A stretch of 64,000 nucleotides of DNA from Flaccisagitta enflata (taxonomy: Eukaryota): contig OZ231126.1 of NCBI GenBank assembly GCA_965153355.1, positions 11,718,001 to 11,782,000 on the forward strand. The letters run 5' to 3'. The notes beneath the pieces were generated by a model. The model did not search any database. It saw nothing but the letters and a program-made list of their open reading frames with translations, and had not been told where the DNA came from. The translations under genes and the position numbers were made by a program. Shown in pieces: positions 63,750 through 64,000 of this stretch (position 1 is its first letter; every line of letters begins with the position of its first letter).

Positions 63750-64000
63750 ATTGTTTCAAGGTGTGGAATATGTCCCTTTACATAACCAACCAAAAAATTT
63801 TTGATTGTCTTCAAAAAAAATAGTTACTTAAAAAACTGCAACATGCTATTTTACATTTACACATTAAAATTACTCAATGACATCCCCATCCCCAAACTTT
63901 TATATATAGTAGTCCATTTATATATTGTGATGTCTCTAGTAATTTATATTCATTTCATCACGCTTTATGGGACAAAATTTTATTAAATATAAAATGATTT
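63750..64000 (+). mobile_element. Diverged fragment of the foldback family at 38298-42274, in intron 1 of paralogue 2
   Basis: ggtgtggaatatgtccc...cataaccaaccaaaa...gacatccccatccc...tagtagtccat matches ~39209-39400. Confidence 0.7.

Overview
Repeat-dense, AT-rich animal (probably invertebrate) genomic DNA; the species cannot be named from sequence. One complete gene can be rebuilt by hand: an 11-exon, plus-strand GDA1/CD39-family NTPDase (apyrase) at 25967-36938. It encodes about 507 aa, has all five apyrase conserved regions (ACR1-5), and all introns are GT-AG with consistent phases. Its C-terminus looks like a GPI-attachment signal, and a candidate alternative last exon would give an unanchored form. 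Exon 1 of a tandem paralogue lies at 63163-63343. A LINE ORF1p-like ORF with no ORF2 lies at 10546-11535. Most of the rest is non-autonomous mobile DNA: several Helentron/DINE-1-like (HINE) families with internal tandem arrays, TA-flanked Tc1/pogo-type MITEs, CAC...GTG elements with 4-bp target-site duplications (TSDs), a 3977-bp foldback element, an 11.6-kb segment bounded by long inverted repeats and a 5-bp TSD, and many microsatellites. Most ORFs in the supplied track are repeat artefacts. All coordinates were read by eye and no database searches were run.
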